NCBI GenBank assembly: GCA_020434345.1 | Contig: JAGRAZ010000016.1 | Location: 1-32,142, forward strand | Direction of reading: 5' to 3' | Source: Bdellovibrionales bacterium | Lineage (GTDB): Bacteria; Bdellovibrionota_G; JALEGL01; JAGRMV01 | Length of the DNA: 32,142 nt | Shown here: one piece after another, positions 20,422-28,536 of the stretch | How the letters are laid out: each line of letters begins with the position of its first letter | How positions within the stretch are numbered: the first letter of the stretch is position 1 | The notes under the pieces: model-generated | What the model saw: only the letters and a program-made list of their open reading frames with translations | What the model was told of the DNA's origin: nothing | The model's database searches: none | Made by a program: the position numbers and the translations under genes

Positions 20422-21312
20422 ATGGGTTTTGTAGAAATCGTCTTAATCATTGCAGCCATCGTTCTTTTTTTTGACACGGTCTTTATTGTTCGACAACAAT
20501 CCGCCATTATCATTGAGCGATTTGGGAAGTTTCAATCTGTAAAATTTGAAGGATTGAACGTGAAGCTTCCCTTCATTGATAGCAAAGTAAAGCGCCAAAA
20601 CTTACGTATTCTTGAACACAATGTTGATGTTGAAACCAAAACGCTTGATAACGTTTTTGTGAATATTCAGGTTTCTGTTCAGTACAGAATCAAAAAAAAT
20701 AAAGTTGCAGAGTCCTACTATGAACTCGAAGATCCCTATCAACAAATTCGTTCTTATGTTTTTGATACGATTCGATCTGAAATTCCTAAAATGAAGCTTG
20801 ATGATGTGTTTTCTAACAAGGACGCGCTCGCTGTATCTATACGTGAAAGTCTTACAGACGTAATGGAACAGTTCGGATACCAAATCATCAACTCTCTGGT
20901 TACAGACATTCAACCTGAAATGTCTGTTAAAAATGCCATGAACAAAATCAACGCAACAGAGCGAGAAAAAATTGCTGCTGCCAACGAAGCGGAAGCGGAT
21001 AAGATCAAATTGGTTAAAGTGGCAGAAGCAGAGGCAGAAAGCAAAAGACTACAAGGTTTGGGCCTTGCCAACCAACGTATGGAGATTGCACGAGGAATTA
21101 AAGAATCCATCCAAACTATAAAACAAACGGGTGTGGATGAGTCTGAAGTCATGACACTTTTATTGGTCACACAACATTATGATGCAATCCAAGATTTTGC
21201 CAAGCACACCAACGCGAACTCCGTACTTATGAACTATAGCCCCGGAGGCATATCGGATGTTGCGACACAAATACGTGAAGCCGTATTATCGCTAAAAATG
21301 CCTACGAAATAA
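20422..21312 (+). CDS. SPFH/band-7 (stomatin/prohibitin-like) membrane protein.
   Basis: N-terminal TM helix, an SPFH core (FVNIQVSVQYRI...), a C-terminal Ala/Glu-rich coiled coil, and an AGGAG RBS. Confidence 0.8.
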   Translation: MGFVEIVLIIAAIVLFFDTVFIVRQQSAIIIERFGKFQSVKFEGLNVKLPFIDSKVKRQNLRILEHNVDVETKTLDNVFVNIQVSVQYRIKKNKVAESYYELEDPYQQIRSYVFDTIRSEIPKMKLDDVFSNKDALAVSIRESLTDVMEQFGYQIINSLVTDIQPEMSVKNAMNKINATEREKIAAANEAEADKIKLVKVAEAEAESKRLQGLGLANQRMEIARGIKESIQTIKQTGVDESEVMTLLLVTQHYDAIQDFAKHTNANSVLMNYSPGGISDVATQIREAVLSLKMPTK

Positions 21313-21332
21313 ATGTAGCGCGCATGCGCATT

Positions 21333-21791
21333 TTACAAACCAATATCTTCGTTCCATAAATCAGGATGCTTTGAGATAAAGTCTCGCATCAGGCTTTTGC
21401 ATTCTTCATCATCAAGGTTAAGTAACTTGGTTCCTTTATGTTCAAACCAATCTTCTTCCCCCATAAATGTTTCATTTTCGCCAATCACAACCAAGGGGAT
21501 TTGGAACAAAAGTGAAGTTCCCGTACACATTGCACAAGGGCTCAATGTAGAGACCAAAATCAGCTCATTCCAATCACGACGCCGACCTGCTGCTCGAATA
21601 CATTGTGTTTCAGCATGGGCCGTTGGGTCATTATGTTGGACACGTTGATTATGCCCCCTTGCGATGACTTCTCCGTTGGGCCTAACCAGCACGGATCCGA
21701 TGGGAATACCCCCCTCGGATAAACTTTTTTTGGCCTGCTCAACAGCAAGCAGTAGCCAAGGATAGGCTTGCTTTTTTGTGATTTTTTGCAT
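21333..21791 (-). CDS. CDA-fold zinc deaminase resembling yeast Fcy1-type cytosine deaminase (a guanine deaminase is the alternative).
   Basis: HAETQCI ... SPCAMCTG zinc ligands. The C-terminus ECKSLMRDFISKHPDLWNEDIGL closely parallels the Fcy1 C-terminus. The ORF-track extension to 21959 would read through the tRNA gene and is rejected. Confidence 0.7.
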   Translation of the reverse strand: MQKITKKQAYPWLLLAVEQAKKSLSEGGIPIGSVLVRPNGEVIARGHNQRVQHNDPTAHAETQCIRAAGRRRDWNELILVSTLSPCAMCTGTSLLFQIPLVVIGENETFMGEEDWFEHKGTKLLNLDDEECKSLMRDFISKHPDLWNEDIGL

Positions 21792-21856
21792 GGCTCTCAC
21801 GATTATACAAAAACATAGAATTTTAGGCATTCTTTTGTTATAGATCGCCCCTAGCA

Positions 21857-21946
21857 GGAGGATTGGCCGAGTGGTTGATGGCGGCGGTCTTGAAAACCGT
21901 TGTACCTTAACGGGTACCGGGGGTTCGAATCCCTCATCCTCCGCCA
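21857..21946 (+). tRNA. tRNA-Ser(UGA), 90 nt, long variable arm, encoded CCA.
   Basis: Acceptor GGAGGAT/ATCCTCC, D-arm GCCGAGTGGTTGATGGC, anticodon loop CTTGAAA, long variable arm, T-arm CCGGGGGTTCGAATCCC, discriminator G and CCA. Confidence 0.9.
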
Positions 21947-22058
21947 TCTTCTCATCCAAGCAAATCCAAAAAACTCCAAAAACAAAAATAAATCCAAAGA
22001 TTTAAGCTATTTAGTTGTCCATACACGACCTAGAAAAACCCATTGCATCCAGGTTCAT

Positions 22059-22116
22059 ATACGGGTAACTCTAAGGGTAACTTATGAAATCACCCATTCT
22101 ACCAAGAAAGTTACCC
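22059..22116. repeat. Cluster of GGGTAAC motifs: two direct (ATACGGGTAACT-CTAA-GGGTAAC) plus one inverted (GTTACCCGC), immediately upstream of the int fragment. It is a candidate integrase arm-type or terminal-repeat site.
   Basis: Seen directly. The 12-mer ATACGGGTAACT and GCGGGTAAC recur at 31788-31810. Confidence 0.5.
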
Positions 22117-22121
22117 GCACA

Positions 22122-22307
22122 ATGCCCTTAACCGCCCTACAGGTAAAGTCTGCCAAACCCAAAGCCAAAAACTACAAGCTCACCGATGAAAAAGGGTTGC
22201 TATTGGAAGTAACATCCCCGCCATTTCTTCGTAACTTATTCTTAGCTTACACTTGGTTTCTTCTTCGATTCTCGCGTATGGGGATTCGAACTTTGTTCGT
22301 CTGTTGA
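22122..22307 (+). pseudogene. int: N-terminal fragment of a P4-like tyrosine integrase (DUF4102 arm-binding domain), decayed after ~33 codons.
   Basis: MPLTALQVKSAKPKAKNYKLTDEKGLLLEVTSP matches the LTDxxIKxAKPxxKxYKLxDGxGLxLxV N-terminus of P4-family integrases. The downstream sequence is non-homologous, with a stop at 22307. Confidence 0.7.
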
Positions 22308-22740
22308 TTGTGCGCTTACGCGCATGGCTCATCCTCCGCCATCTACTAACACTTAAGACTTCGGGCTTAAGGGTTAACCTTTAAACCAACCGTCAAACCC
22401 TAAGCCCTAATAGTAATCCTTTTTATTCCTAAAGCTGGTCCTGCCCGGACAGATAGTTTACAGTTTTTACCGGAGGCATGGTTTACAGTTTCAAAACAAA
22501 CGGTTCTTCTGCCGATTTTGTCGCTTTCGCTCCATGGCGCATCCACCTGGGTTTCGAATAATCTCGGACCGGAAAACAAGGAAATTAAATGTAAAAGTTA
22601 GAACTTGATCTGATAATAATAAACTTTCCCCGCTGGATAACTTGTCAGATTTAGTTCATGCTTTTACAAGTAATTTCTAACTTTACTTAAAATCGAATGT
22701 GATCCTTTGTAACGATGCAATACTTCGCTGATATACATCT

Positions 22741-23010
22741 TTATGAGATGGATCGTCTATCAGTATTTGTATATGGTTTCGAATATCTTGATGTTGTTGG
22801 CAGAACATCTTCACAATTTTTTTTATCATGATTTGGATTTTGTTGGTAGGGTGGTATCAATATGGTTTCTTCAATTTCAAAATGTGGTTGCATCACTTCT
22901 GCCCATTCTTTCATGAAAGCAATGAGTTCAGTTTCTAAGTCAAGGTTCTCATCCAATGCCTTGAAAATACGTTTTACTTGAACCAGCCCATGGTGATGTT
23001 CAACAGACAA
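22741..23010 (-). CDS. Hemerythrin-like (HHE cation-binding, RIC/DnrN-like) small protein. It is probably frameshifted at an A8 tract; the +1 frame continues a hemerythrin-like C-terminus (..QQHQDIRNHIQILIDDPSHKDVYQ..).
   Basis: MKEWAEVMQPHFEIEETILIP resembles the H..EE..L.P hemerythrin motif. A T8/A8 homopolymer lies at 22817-22824, and the downstream alternative frame has a His-rich helix-like sequence. Confidence 0.4.
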   Translation of the reverse strand: MSVEHHHGLVQVKRIFKALDENLDLETELIAFMKEWAEVMQPHFEIEETILIPPYQQNPNHDKKNCEDVLPTTSRYSKPYTNTDRRSIS

Positions 23011-23033
23011 AGACCTTAAAGCGTCTGAGCGCT

Positions 23034-23315
23034 TTATTTTACTAAACTATAAAATTCAATGTAAAATTCAACCTCGCCAAGAGGCTTGATTTTATGTTCT
23101 TGCTCAGGTGCTACTATTCCCTTTTTCGTTGGTGTTAATACATAAGACTGGTTGCTTTCAAGGATGGTATATTCTAATTTCCCTTGTTGAACGCAAATGA
23201 CCGCCCAAGTATTTGCTTTGGTATCATGCATTTTTAACAAGCGATCTGGCACTGTCTTTTCGTTAAAAAGGTCGGATTGATGATATTTTTTCACATCTGC
23301 TGGTAATGTCCTCAT
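23034..23315 (-). CDS. YeaR-like DUF1971 protein (small cupin-like protein of NsrR/nitrate regulons).
   Basis: YHQSDLFNEKTVPDRLLKMHDTKANTWAVICVQQGKLEY and the C-terminal VEFYIEFY parallel the E. coli YeaR pattern. Its start ATGA-overlaps the upstream gene. Confidence 0.55.
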   Translation of the reverse strand: MRTLPADVKKYHQSDLFNEKTVPDRLLKMHDTKANTWAVICVQQGKLEYTILESNQSYVLTPTKKGIVAPEQEHKIKPLGEVEFYIEFYSLVK

Positions 23316-23701
23316 TGTCGCTCCTTTTGTCCTATTTCAACACTTAATTTTAAACTGGATGCAATCATTTCACTTCGTTCAATATACATTGTTGCCACTT
23401 CTTCTGTATGTATTTCTCTGACCGTTTGCGCAAATAAACTAAGCCATCGGTCAAATAGTTGAAGATCAAACGTTGGTAGGTCTTTGTGTTTTTGGTGCGG
23501 ATTGCCTTTATATTTCCTACTGCGCAACATCAATGAGGACCAAAAAGCATACATTCTTTGCAAATGTGTCTTCCACGCTTCGGAAGTCGTTCCAATCACA
23601 CCATCGAAAACAGGACCAAGTGCATGGTCTTGTCTCACCTTTATATAAAAGGCATCCACCAGTTCTTTGATGCTGCTTTCTGTGATTTGATTTCTTTTCA
23701 T
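23312..23701 (-). CDS. Truncated (2/2) haemoglobin.
   Basis: F.G......W..H...MY.FW......YKGNP...H..L.....F..WL.LF pattern of trHb groups II/III. 129 aa from MKRNQITE. Confidence 0.7.
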   Translation of the reverse strand: MKRNQITESSIKELVDAFYIKVRQDHALGPVFDGVIGTTSEAWKTHLQRMYAFWSSLMLRSRKYKGNPHQKHKDLPTFDLQLFDRWLSLFAQTVREIHTEEVATMYIERSEMIASSLKLSVEIGQKERQ

Positions 23702-24117
23702 ACAAGCCTTCTTTGGAGGTAAAAAGCTGCACAAGCGATGATCATTACTTTGGATATTTCTAGGGCAACATAGTATTTATGAAGCATACTTGGTGTGGGC
23801 TTCTGCCCTTGCGCAATCAAAGCAATTCGGTGATCAAGTTTGGGAAGAAGACCGAAGGTATCCACGCAAAGAATAACCAATAGGACAATAGCTACAACAA
23901 AAATCCACGGCACTCTAAGAAACATGGCACTTCCCAAAAAAAACAAAACAAACCCCCACTCCACCTTATTAAAAAAATGAAAGGTCGCTTGTCCAATTTC
24001 TAACGCTACAGGAAGTGTTAAGCCAGGTGCTTTGAATTTTATTGGAGTAGCAAGAAACGACACCCCCAATATAAATCCCATATACAACCAGTACATATTT
24101 AATACATATAGTTTCAT
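23698..24117 (-). CDS. Small 4-TM membrane protein, DUF4149-like (tentative).
   Basis: Hydrophobic segments and an F.ATP..F.APGL..P.A...GQ..F pattern. It lies directly downstream of qNor. Confidence 0.35.
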   Translation of the reverse strand: MKLYVLNMYWLYMGFILGVSFLATPIKFKAPGLTLPVALEIGQATFHFFNKVEWGFVLFFLGSAMFLRVPWIFVVAIVLLVILCVDTFGLLPKLDHRIALIAQGQKPTPSMLHKYYVALEISKVMIIACAAFYLQRRLV

Positions 24118-24232
24118 TGCTACTCCAAAGATGCATAATATGCATATACAATACATATTAAAACTGCAAGCTTTACTCATTCAAAATCTGCGATATTTAA
24201 AACGTAAACATGTACCAAAACGGTATCATTTT

Positions 24233-26515
24233 TTATTGAACCTTAGGGTAATCTGCGTCAGATAAATCTTGATTGGGCTTCAAAGAAAACCCTGTTTTTA
24301 AACCAACAACAAAAATGGCAAGTGTTACCGTTCCCACAGCAAATATGGTGTCTCCTACCACGCGTAACCAACGAAAGAGCTCCATGATGTCGGTCTGGTT
24401 AAATTCTGCCGATCTTGCATACCACATGCCATGCTCCACACTTGCAAGCGTTTGGAGCAAACCCACGGGAAGAAGGCTCAAAAGTGCCATCGCTGCAAGC
24501 CCAATATTGATAGACCAAAAGGAAAAGCCTATCATGCCGTCTTTCCACTGTCTCTTGGCTGCCAAACCTTTGAGGCAAAATAACATTAGACCAATACCCA
24601 AGTTTCCATAGACCCCAAACAGCGCTGTGTGCCCATGAAGAGGCGTGGTATTAAGACCCTGCATATAGTACAGCGCAATCGGTGGATTGATCAAGAATCC
24701 AAATATACCAGCACCAACCAAATTCCAGAAAGCTACCGCAATAAAGAAGTAGATCGGCCACTTATACGCTTTCACCCAACTGACAGCGCGACTTAAGGTG
24801 AGGTTATGGTAAGCCTCAAAACCAATGAGAACAAGTGGAACAACTTCTAGTGCGCTAAATGATGCTCCCAATGCCAATACTGCTGTTGGTGTTCCTGTAA
24901 AATAAAGGTGATGAAAGGTACCAATGATTCCTCCACTTAAAAAGATAACGGTCGAGAAAAGTACTGCGGCAGTTGCAACGGCAGTTCGTATCAGGCCCAT
25001 ACGCACAAAAAGAAAGGCAATGACTACAGTGGCAAATACTTCAAAGAAACCTTCTACCCATAAATGAACAACCCACCATCTCCAATATTCTGCAATGGCC
25101 AAATTGGTTTGACGACCCCACATAAGACCCGCTGCATAGAAAAGTGCAATGGCAGCAGAAGAAATCATGAAAACGGTCAGCAAATGACGGCTTTCTTTTT
25201 GCTGTTTGAACGCAGGAAGTATAGCGCGGGTCATCAAGCCTAACCATAGGAAAAGCCCTACCAAAAGAAATATTTGCCAGAATCTGCCAAGCTCGACATA
25301 TTCATATCCTTGGTGTCCAAACCAAAAATTTTCTGCCAGCCCGAGCTTCTGCATCACGCCAAACCATTGACCAGCCAGAGATCCCACAACGATAATAAGG
25401 AGGGCAATAAAAAGAAAGTTGACGCCCGCACGTTGAAATTTGGGTTCGTATCCAGAAACGGCTGGCGCAATAAAGAGCCCTGTCGCCAACCATGAGGTCG
25501 CAATCCAGAAAATAGCAAGTTGAATATGCCATGTTCTGCTTACAGAATAAGGTAGCCATTCAGCCAGAGGAAAACCATAAAACCCATTTCCTTCCACACC
25601 ATAATGTGCCGTTACGACTCCAAGAAGAACTTGAACAAGAATCAATGCTGCAACCACCCAAAAGTATTTTAACGTTGCAGCCATAGATGGCGTAGGGTTG
25701 AGTGCCAAGAGCGGATCTTTGTCAGGAAGTTCCTCTTCAGAGACCTCTTCTTCTTTTCGTGATGCATAATAAAAAGCAAGAAGTCCAATGCCTCCAATAA
25801 GTAAGATTACACTAAAACCTGTCCAAATTAGAAGCGCACCTGTTGGTTTATTGTCTACAAGTTCTTCTGGAGGCCAATTGTTGGTATAAGTTACGTCACT
25901 TCCAGGTCGATTGGTTACACACGCCCATGATGTCCAAAAAAAGAATTGATTGAGTTTTTCCATACGAGTTGGATCTTTGATGGTATCTTGAGGTATGGCA
26001 TAGGCTTCTCTTAATTCCTCCATGGCCGGATCATTCATGAATAGAGACTGATAATGCTTACCAACCTCTTTAATGGCCTCGGCTCGAATAGCTGAAATGG
26101 TAAGAGTTTGGGTCTCAGAGTTGTAGGTGTTGGTACGAAGTTCTTTTTTTAGACGAATTTTTAACGCAGCCTGTTGTTCTTCTCCGAGTGCGTCAAAGCT
26201 CAAGGCATATTCCTGTTGGCTCCAGGTATTTAAAATATACTCAGCTTCGCGGTGCAACCAGTCTGCTGACCAGTCGGGAGCAATATAGGCACCATGTCCC
26301 CAAACAGAACCAATGTTATGTCCCCCCATCGACTGCCAAATATTTTGACCATCTTTGATATCCTGCCCTTCAAACAAAACATTGCCATCTAAGACAACTT
26401 GTTTTGGAACAGGAGGAGCAGATCGATAAATTTCCAATCCATAGTATCCAAGGACTGCAAACGAGCCCACCATAACAAAGAGGAAAGAAAACCATAATTT
26501 TCTGTATTGCTTCAC
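24233..26515 (-). CDS. norB: Quinol-dependent nitric oxide reductase (qNor, single-subunit NorB/NorZ).
   Basis: 760 aa. It combines an N-terminal periplasmic extension with the 12-TM haem-copper-oxidase core carrying multiple conserved His (HHLYF, HG H). The length matches qNor rather than cNorB. Confidence 0.9.
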   Translation of the reverse strand: MKQYRKLWFSFLFVMVGSFAVLGYYGLEIYRSAPPVPKQVVLDGNVLFEGQDIKDGQNIWQSMGGHNIGSVWGHGAYIAPDWSADWLHREAEYILNTWSQQEYALSFDALGEEQQAALKIRLKKELRTNTYNSETQTLTISAIRAEAIKEVGKHYQSLFMNDPAMEELREAYAIPQDTIKDPTRMEKLNQFFFWTSWACVTNRPGSDVTYTNNWPPEELVDNKPTGALLIWTGFSVILLIGGIGLLAFYYASRKEEEVSEEELPDKDPLLALNPTPSMAATLKYFWVVAALILVQVLLGVVTAHYGVEGNGFYGFPLAEWLPYSVSRTWHIQLAIFWIATSWLATGLFIAPAVSGYEPKFQRAGVNFLFIALLIIVVGSLAGQWFGVMQKLGLAENFWFGHQGYEYVELGRFWQIFLLVGLFLWLGLMTRAILPAFKQQKESRHLLTVFMISSAAIALFYAAGLMWGRQTNLAIAEYWRWWVVHLWVEGFFEVFATVVIAFLFVRMGLIRTAVATAAVLFSTVIFLSGGIIGTFHHLYFTGTPTAVLALGASFSALEVVPLVLIGFEAYHNLTLSRAVSWVKAYKWPIYFFIAVAFWNLVGAGIFGFLINPPIALYYMQGLNTTPLHGHTALFGVYGNLGIGLMLFCLKGLAAKRQWKDGMIGFSFWSINIGLAAMALLSLLPVGLLQTLASVEHGMWYARSAEFNQTDIMELFRWLRVVGDTIFAVGTVTLAIFVVGLKTGFSLKPNQDLSDADYPKVQ

Positions 26516-26574
26516 GACACTCCACCTACCTATTGCAATGCATTTGGTTCATTAAATACACGACATATATTTTG

Positions 26575-26597
26575 AATGCATATTTTGAATATGCAAT
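26575..26597. promoter_or_regulatory. Candidate Rrf2/NsrR operator, the imperfect palindrome AATGCATATT-TTG-AATATGCAAT, in the norB/nsrR divergent promoter region. Further ATGCA-type half-sites flank it (TTGCAATGCATTT at 26533-26545).
   Basis: The 10-3-10 inverted repeat has 1 mismatch and is AT-rich with ATGCAT cores like known NsrR boxes. It does not fit the E. coli 11-1-11 spacing exactly. Confidence 0.35.
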
Positions 26598-26652
26598 ATA
26601 TATACTTATTTACAGATTTGTATATATTAATTCATTGTCGAATCAAGGATTT

Positions 26653-27060
26653 ATGAAAATTACCAAATTTACAGATTATGCTTTACGAACACTTATGTTT
26701 CTTGCATCCAATCAAAACACAACCAAACTCCATACATCCAAACAAATTGCAGCTTTTCATCATATCTCCTATCACCACATGGGCAAAATCGTACACAAGC
26801 TCTCTACTCTTGGATATATAGAAAGCATCAAAGGGAAAAATGGAGGTATTCTCCTCAAAAAACACCCAGCCGATATTGATCTAAAAACTCTGTTTTTGGT
26901 TTTAGAAAATGACTTAAATATTGTGGAATGTTTTGATGCGAAAACAAACACCTGCAAAATATACAAAAACTGTGGTCTAAAAAAGATTTTGAATGAATCT
27001 TTGGGTGCATTCATAAACACATTGGGAAAATATACACTGAAGGACACTTTGCTGAAGTAA
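26653..27060 (+). CDS. nsrR: Rrf2-family [Fe-S] transcriptional repressor, NsrR-like NO sensor.
   Basis: N-terminal wHTH MKITKFTDYALRTLMFLA and a C-x7-C-x5-C cluster (CFDAKTNTCKIYKNC). It lies between qNor and nirK. Confidence 0.8.
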   Translation: MKITKFTDYALRTLMFLASNQNTTKLHTSKQIAAFHHISYHHMGKIVHKLSTLGYIESIKGKNGGILLKKHPADIDLKTLFLVLENDLNIVECFDAKTNTCKIYKNCGLKKILNESLGAFINTLGKYTLKDTLLK

Positions 27061-27114
27061 AAAGTGCCTCATGCGTCTACTATATCCCAACTGTACAAAA
27101 AAGAGAGGGAGACA

Positions 27115-28536
27115 ATGAAAAAATTATTTTGTTTAATGTTGGGGCTGTCAATGGTTGGTTGTACACAGAGCAACCAAAACAATCAAAGTCAAAAAGAAGC
27201 TGTGATTAAAGGAGAGGAGGTTGCTATTTTAACCGATGCGCCTCAGGTTCCTCCTGCAATCACACGTAAACACGCCACCAAAGTAATTGTCAATTTAGAA
27301 ACCTCTGAGCTGAAAATGTCTCTTGCAGATGGTGTTGAATATACTTTTTGGACCTTTGGTGGAAAGGTGCCAGGGAAATTTATCCGGGTTCGTGAAGGTG
27401 ATTTGGTAGAATTTCATCTCCACAACCATCCAGACAGTAAAATGCCTCATAATATTGATCTGCACGCGGTGACCGGTCCAGGTGGTGGTGCTGTATCTTC
27501 TTTCACTGCGCCAGGACATAGCTCCACGTTTTCATTTCGTGCGTTAAATCCAGGCTTGTATGTTTATCATTGTGCAACAGCACCTGTAGGTATGCATATT
27601 GCGAACGGAATGTATGGGCTCATTCTGGTCGAGCCAAAAGAGGGTTTGCCGAAAGTAGATCGAGAGTATTATGTCATGCAAAGTGAGTTTTATACCAAGG
27701 GTGCCTTTGGTGACCAAGGGCACCAGCCTTTCAGTATGGAAAAAGCTTTAGAAGAAAATCCAGATTATGTTGTGTTTAACGGTGCAGTTGATGCCATTTC
27801 TGGTGAAAAATCACTTCCAGCACAAACTGGCGAAACAATTCGTTTGTATGTTGGTAACGGTGGTCCGAATCTTATATCTTCGTTTCACGTTATTGGTGAG
27901 ATCTTTGACAAAGTTCACCCAGAAGGAAGCCTAAGTACGACGAACAAGGATGTTCAAACGACACTCGTTCCAGCAGGTGGGTCAGCTGTGGTGGAATTTG
28001 AAGTGGATACTTCAGGTACTTATATTCTTGTAGATCACTCTATTTTTCGTGCGTTCAATAAAGGTGCTTTGGGTATGATCGAAGTTACTGGAAAAGATGA
28101 TAAAAACGTTTTTTCAGGCAAACTTGAAGACAAGGTATATCATCCTGAGGGCAGCACCATCCAAAATATCGACGAAGATCCAGCTCCAAAAGTTGTTGCG
28201 CAAAACAGAGCAGAACGTTTGGAGTTTGGGAAGCGAATCTATGACCAAAACTGTAAAGCTTGTCACCAGGCAGAAGGTAAAGGCTTGGCAACTGCGTTTC
28301 CTCCTCTTGCATCGTCAGACTACTTGAATGCTGATAAACAAAGAGCCATCAAAGTGATTCTGGAGGGTTTGGAAGGCCCTATCACCGTCAACGGTAAAGT
28401 ATTTGACAGTGTGATGCCAGCCCAACGACTTACAGATGAAGACATCGCAAACGTATTAACCTATGTATATAACAACTGGGGCAATTCTGGCCAAAATGTA
28501 AGCCCAGAGGATGTTAAGGCAGTGCGAGAAAAATGA
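27115..28536 (+). CDS. nirK: Copper-containing nitrite reductase NirK with a fused C-terminal cytochrome c domain (class III), a lipoprotein.
   Basis: [13 protein letters not shown] (T2Cu/T1Cu His), [20 protein letters not shown] (T1Cu Cys-His-Met), and a C-terminal CKACH haem-c motif. Lipobox LSMVGC, GAGAGGGAG RBS. The ORF-track start at 27064 is rejected. Confidence 0.9.
   Translation: MKKLFCLMLGLSMVGCTQSNQNNQSQKEAVIKGEEVAILTDAPQVPPAITRKHATKVIVNLETSELKMSLADGVEYTFWTFGGKVPGKFIRVREGDLVEFHLHNHPDSKMPHNIDLHAVTGPGGGAVSSFTAPGHSSTFSFRALNPGLYVYHCATAPVGMHIANGMYGLILVEPKEGLPKVDREYYVMQSEFYTKGAFGDQGHQPFSMEKALEENPDYVVFNGAVDAISGEKSLPAQTGETIRLYVGNGGPNLISSFHVIGEIFDKVHPEGSLSTTNKDVQTTLVPAGGSAVVEFEVDTSGTYILVDHSIFRAFNKGALGMIEVTGKDDKNVFSGKLEDKVYHPEGSTIQNIDEDPAPKVVAQNRAERLEFGKRIYDQNCKACHQAEGKGLATAFPPLASSDYLNADKQRAIKVILEGLEGPITVNGKVFDSVMPAQRLTDEDIANVLTYVYNNWGNSGQNVSPEDVKAVREK

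Larger units (their letters stand above)
21933..22344. mobile_element. Integrase scar. A 17-bp perfect direct repeat, CTCATCCTCCGCCATCT, marks the tRNA-Ser 3' end at 21933-21949 and recurs at 22328-22344. The repeats flank a truncated P4-type integrase.
   Basis: Exact repeat seen at both positions. The first copy is the last 14 nt of the tRNA plus 3 nt, the classic attL/attR arrangement. Confidence 0.7.

Noticed and set aside
21313-21332. GCGCATGCGC palindrome after the SPFH gene as a terminator.
   Set aside because: The 10-bp self-complementary GC stretch leaves essentially no loop and only a weak T-run. It is too marginal to call.
21792-21959. Extension of the deaminase ORF to 21959.
   Set aside because: It would be translated through the tRNA-Ser gene on the opposite strand. 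A conserved deaminase N-terminus begins at the ATG at 21791.
26516-26652. E. coli-type 11-1-11 NsrR box and an FNR/DNR TTGAT-N4-ATCAA box in the nor/nsrR promoter.
   Set aside because: No acceptable match to either consensus was found by eye. Only the 10-3-10 ATGCAT-type palindrome is reported, with low confidence.
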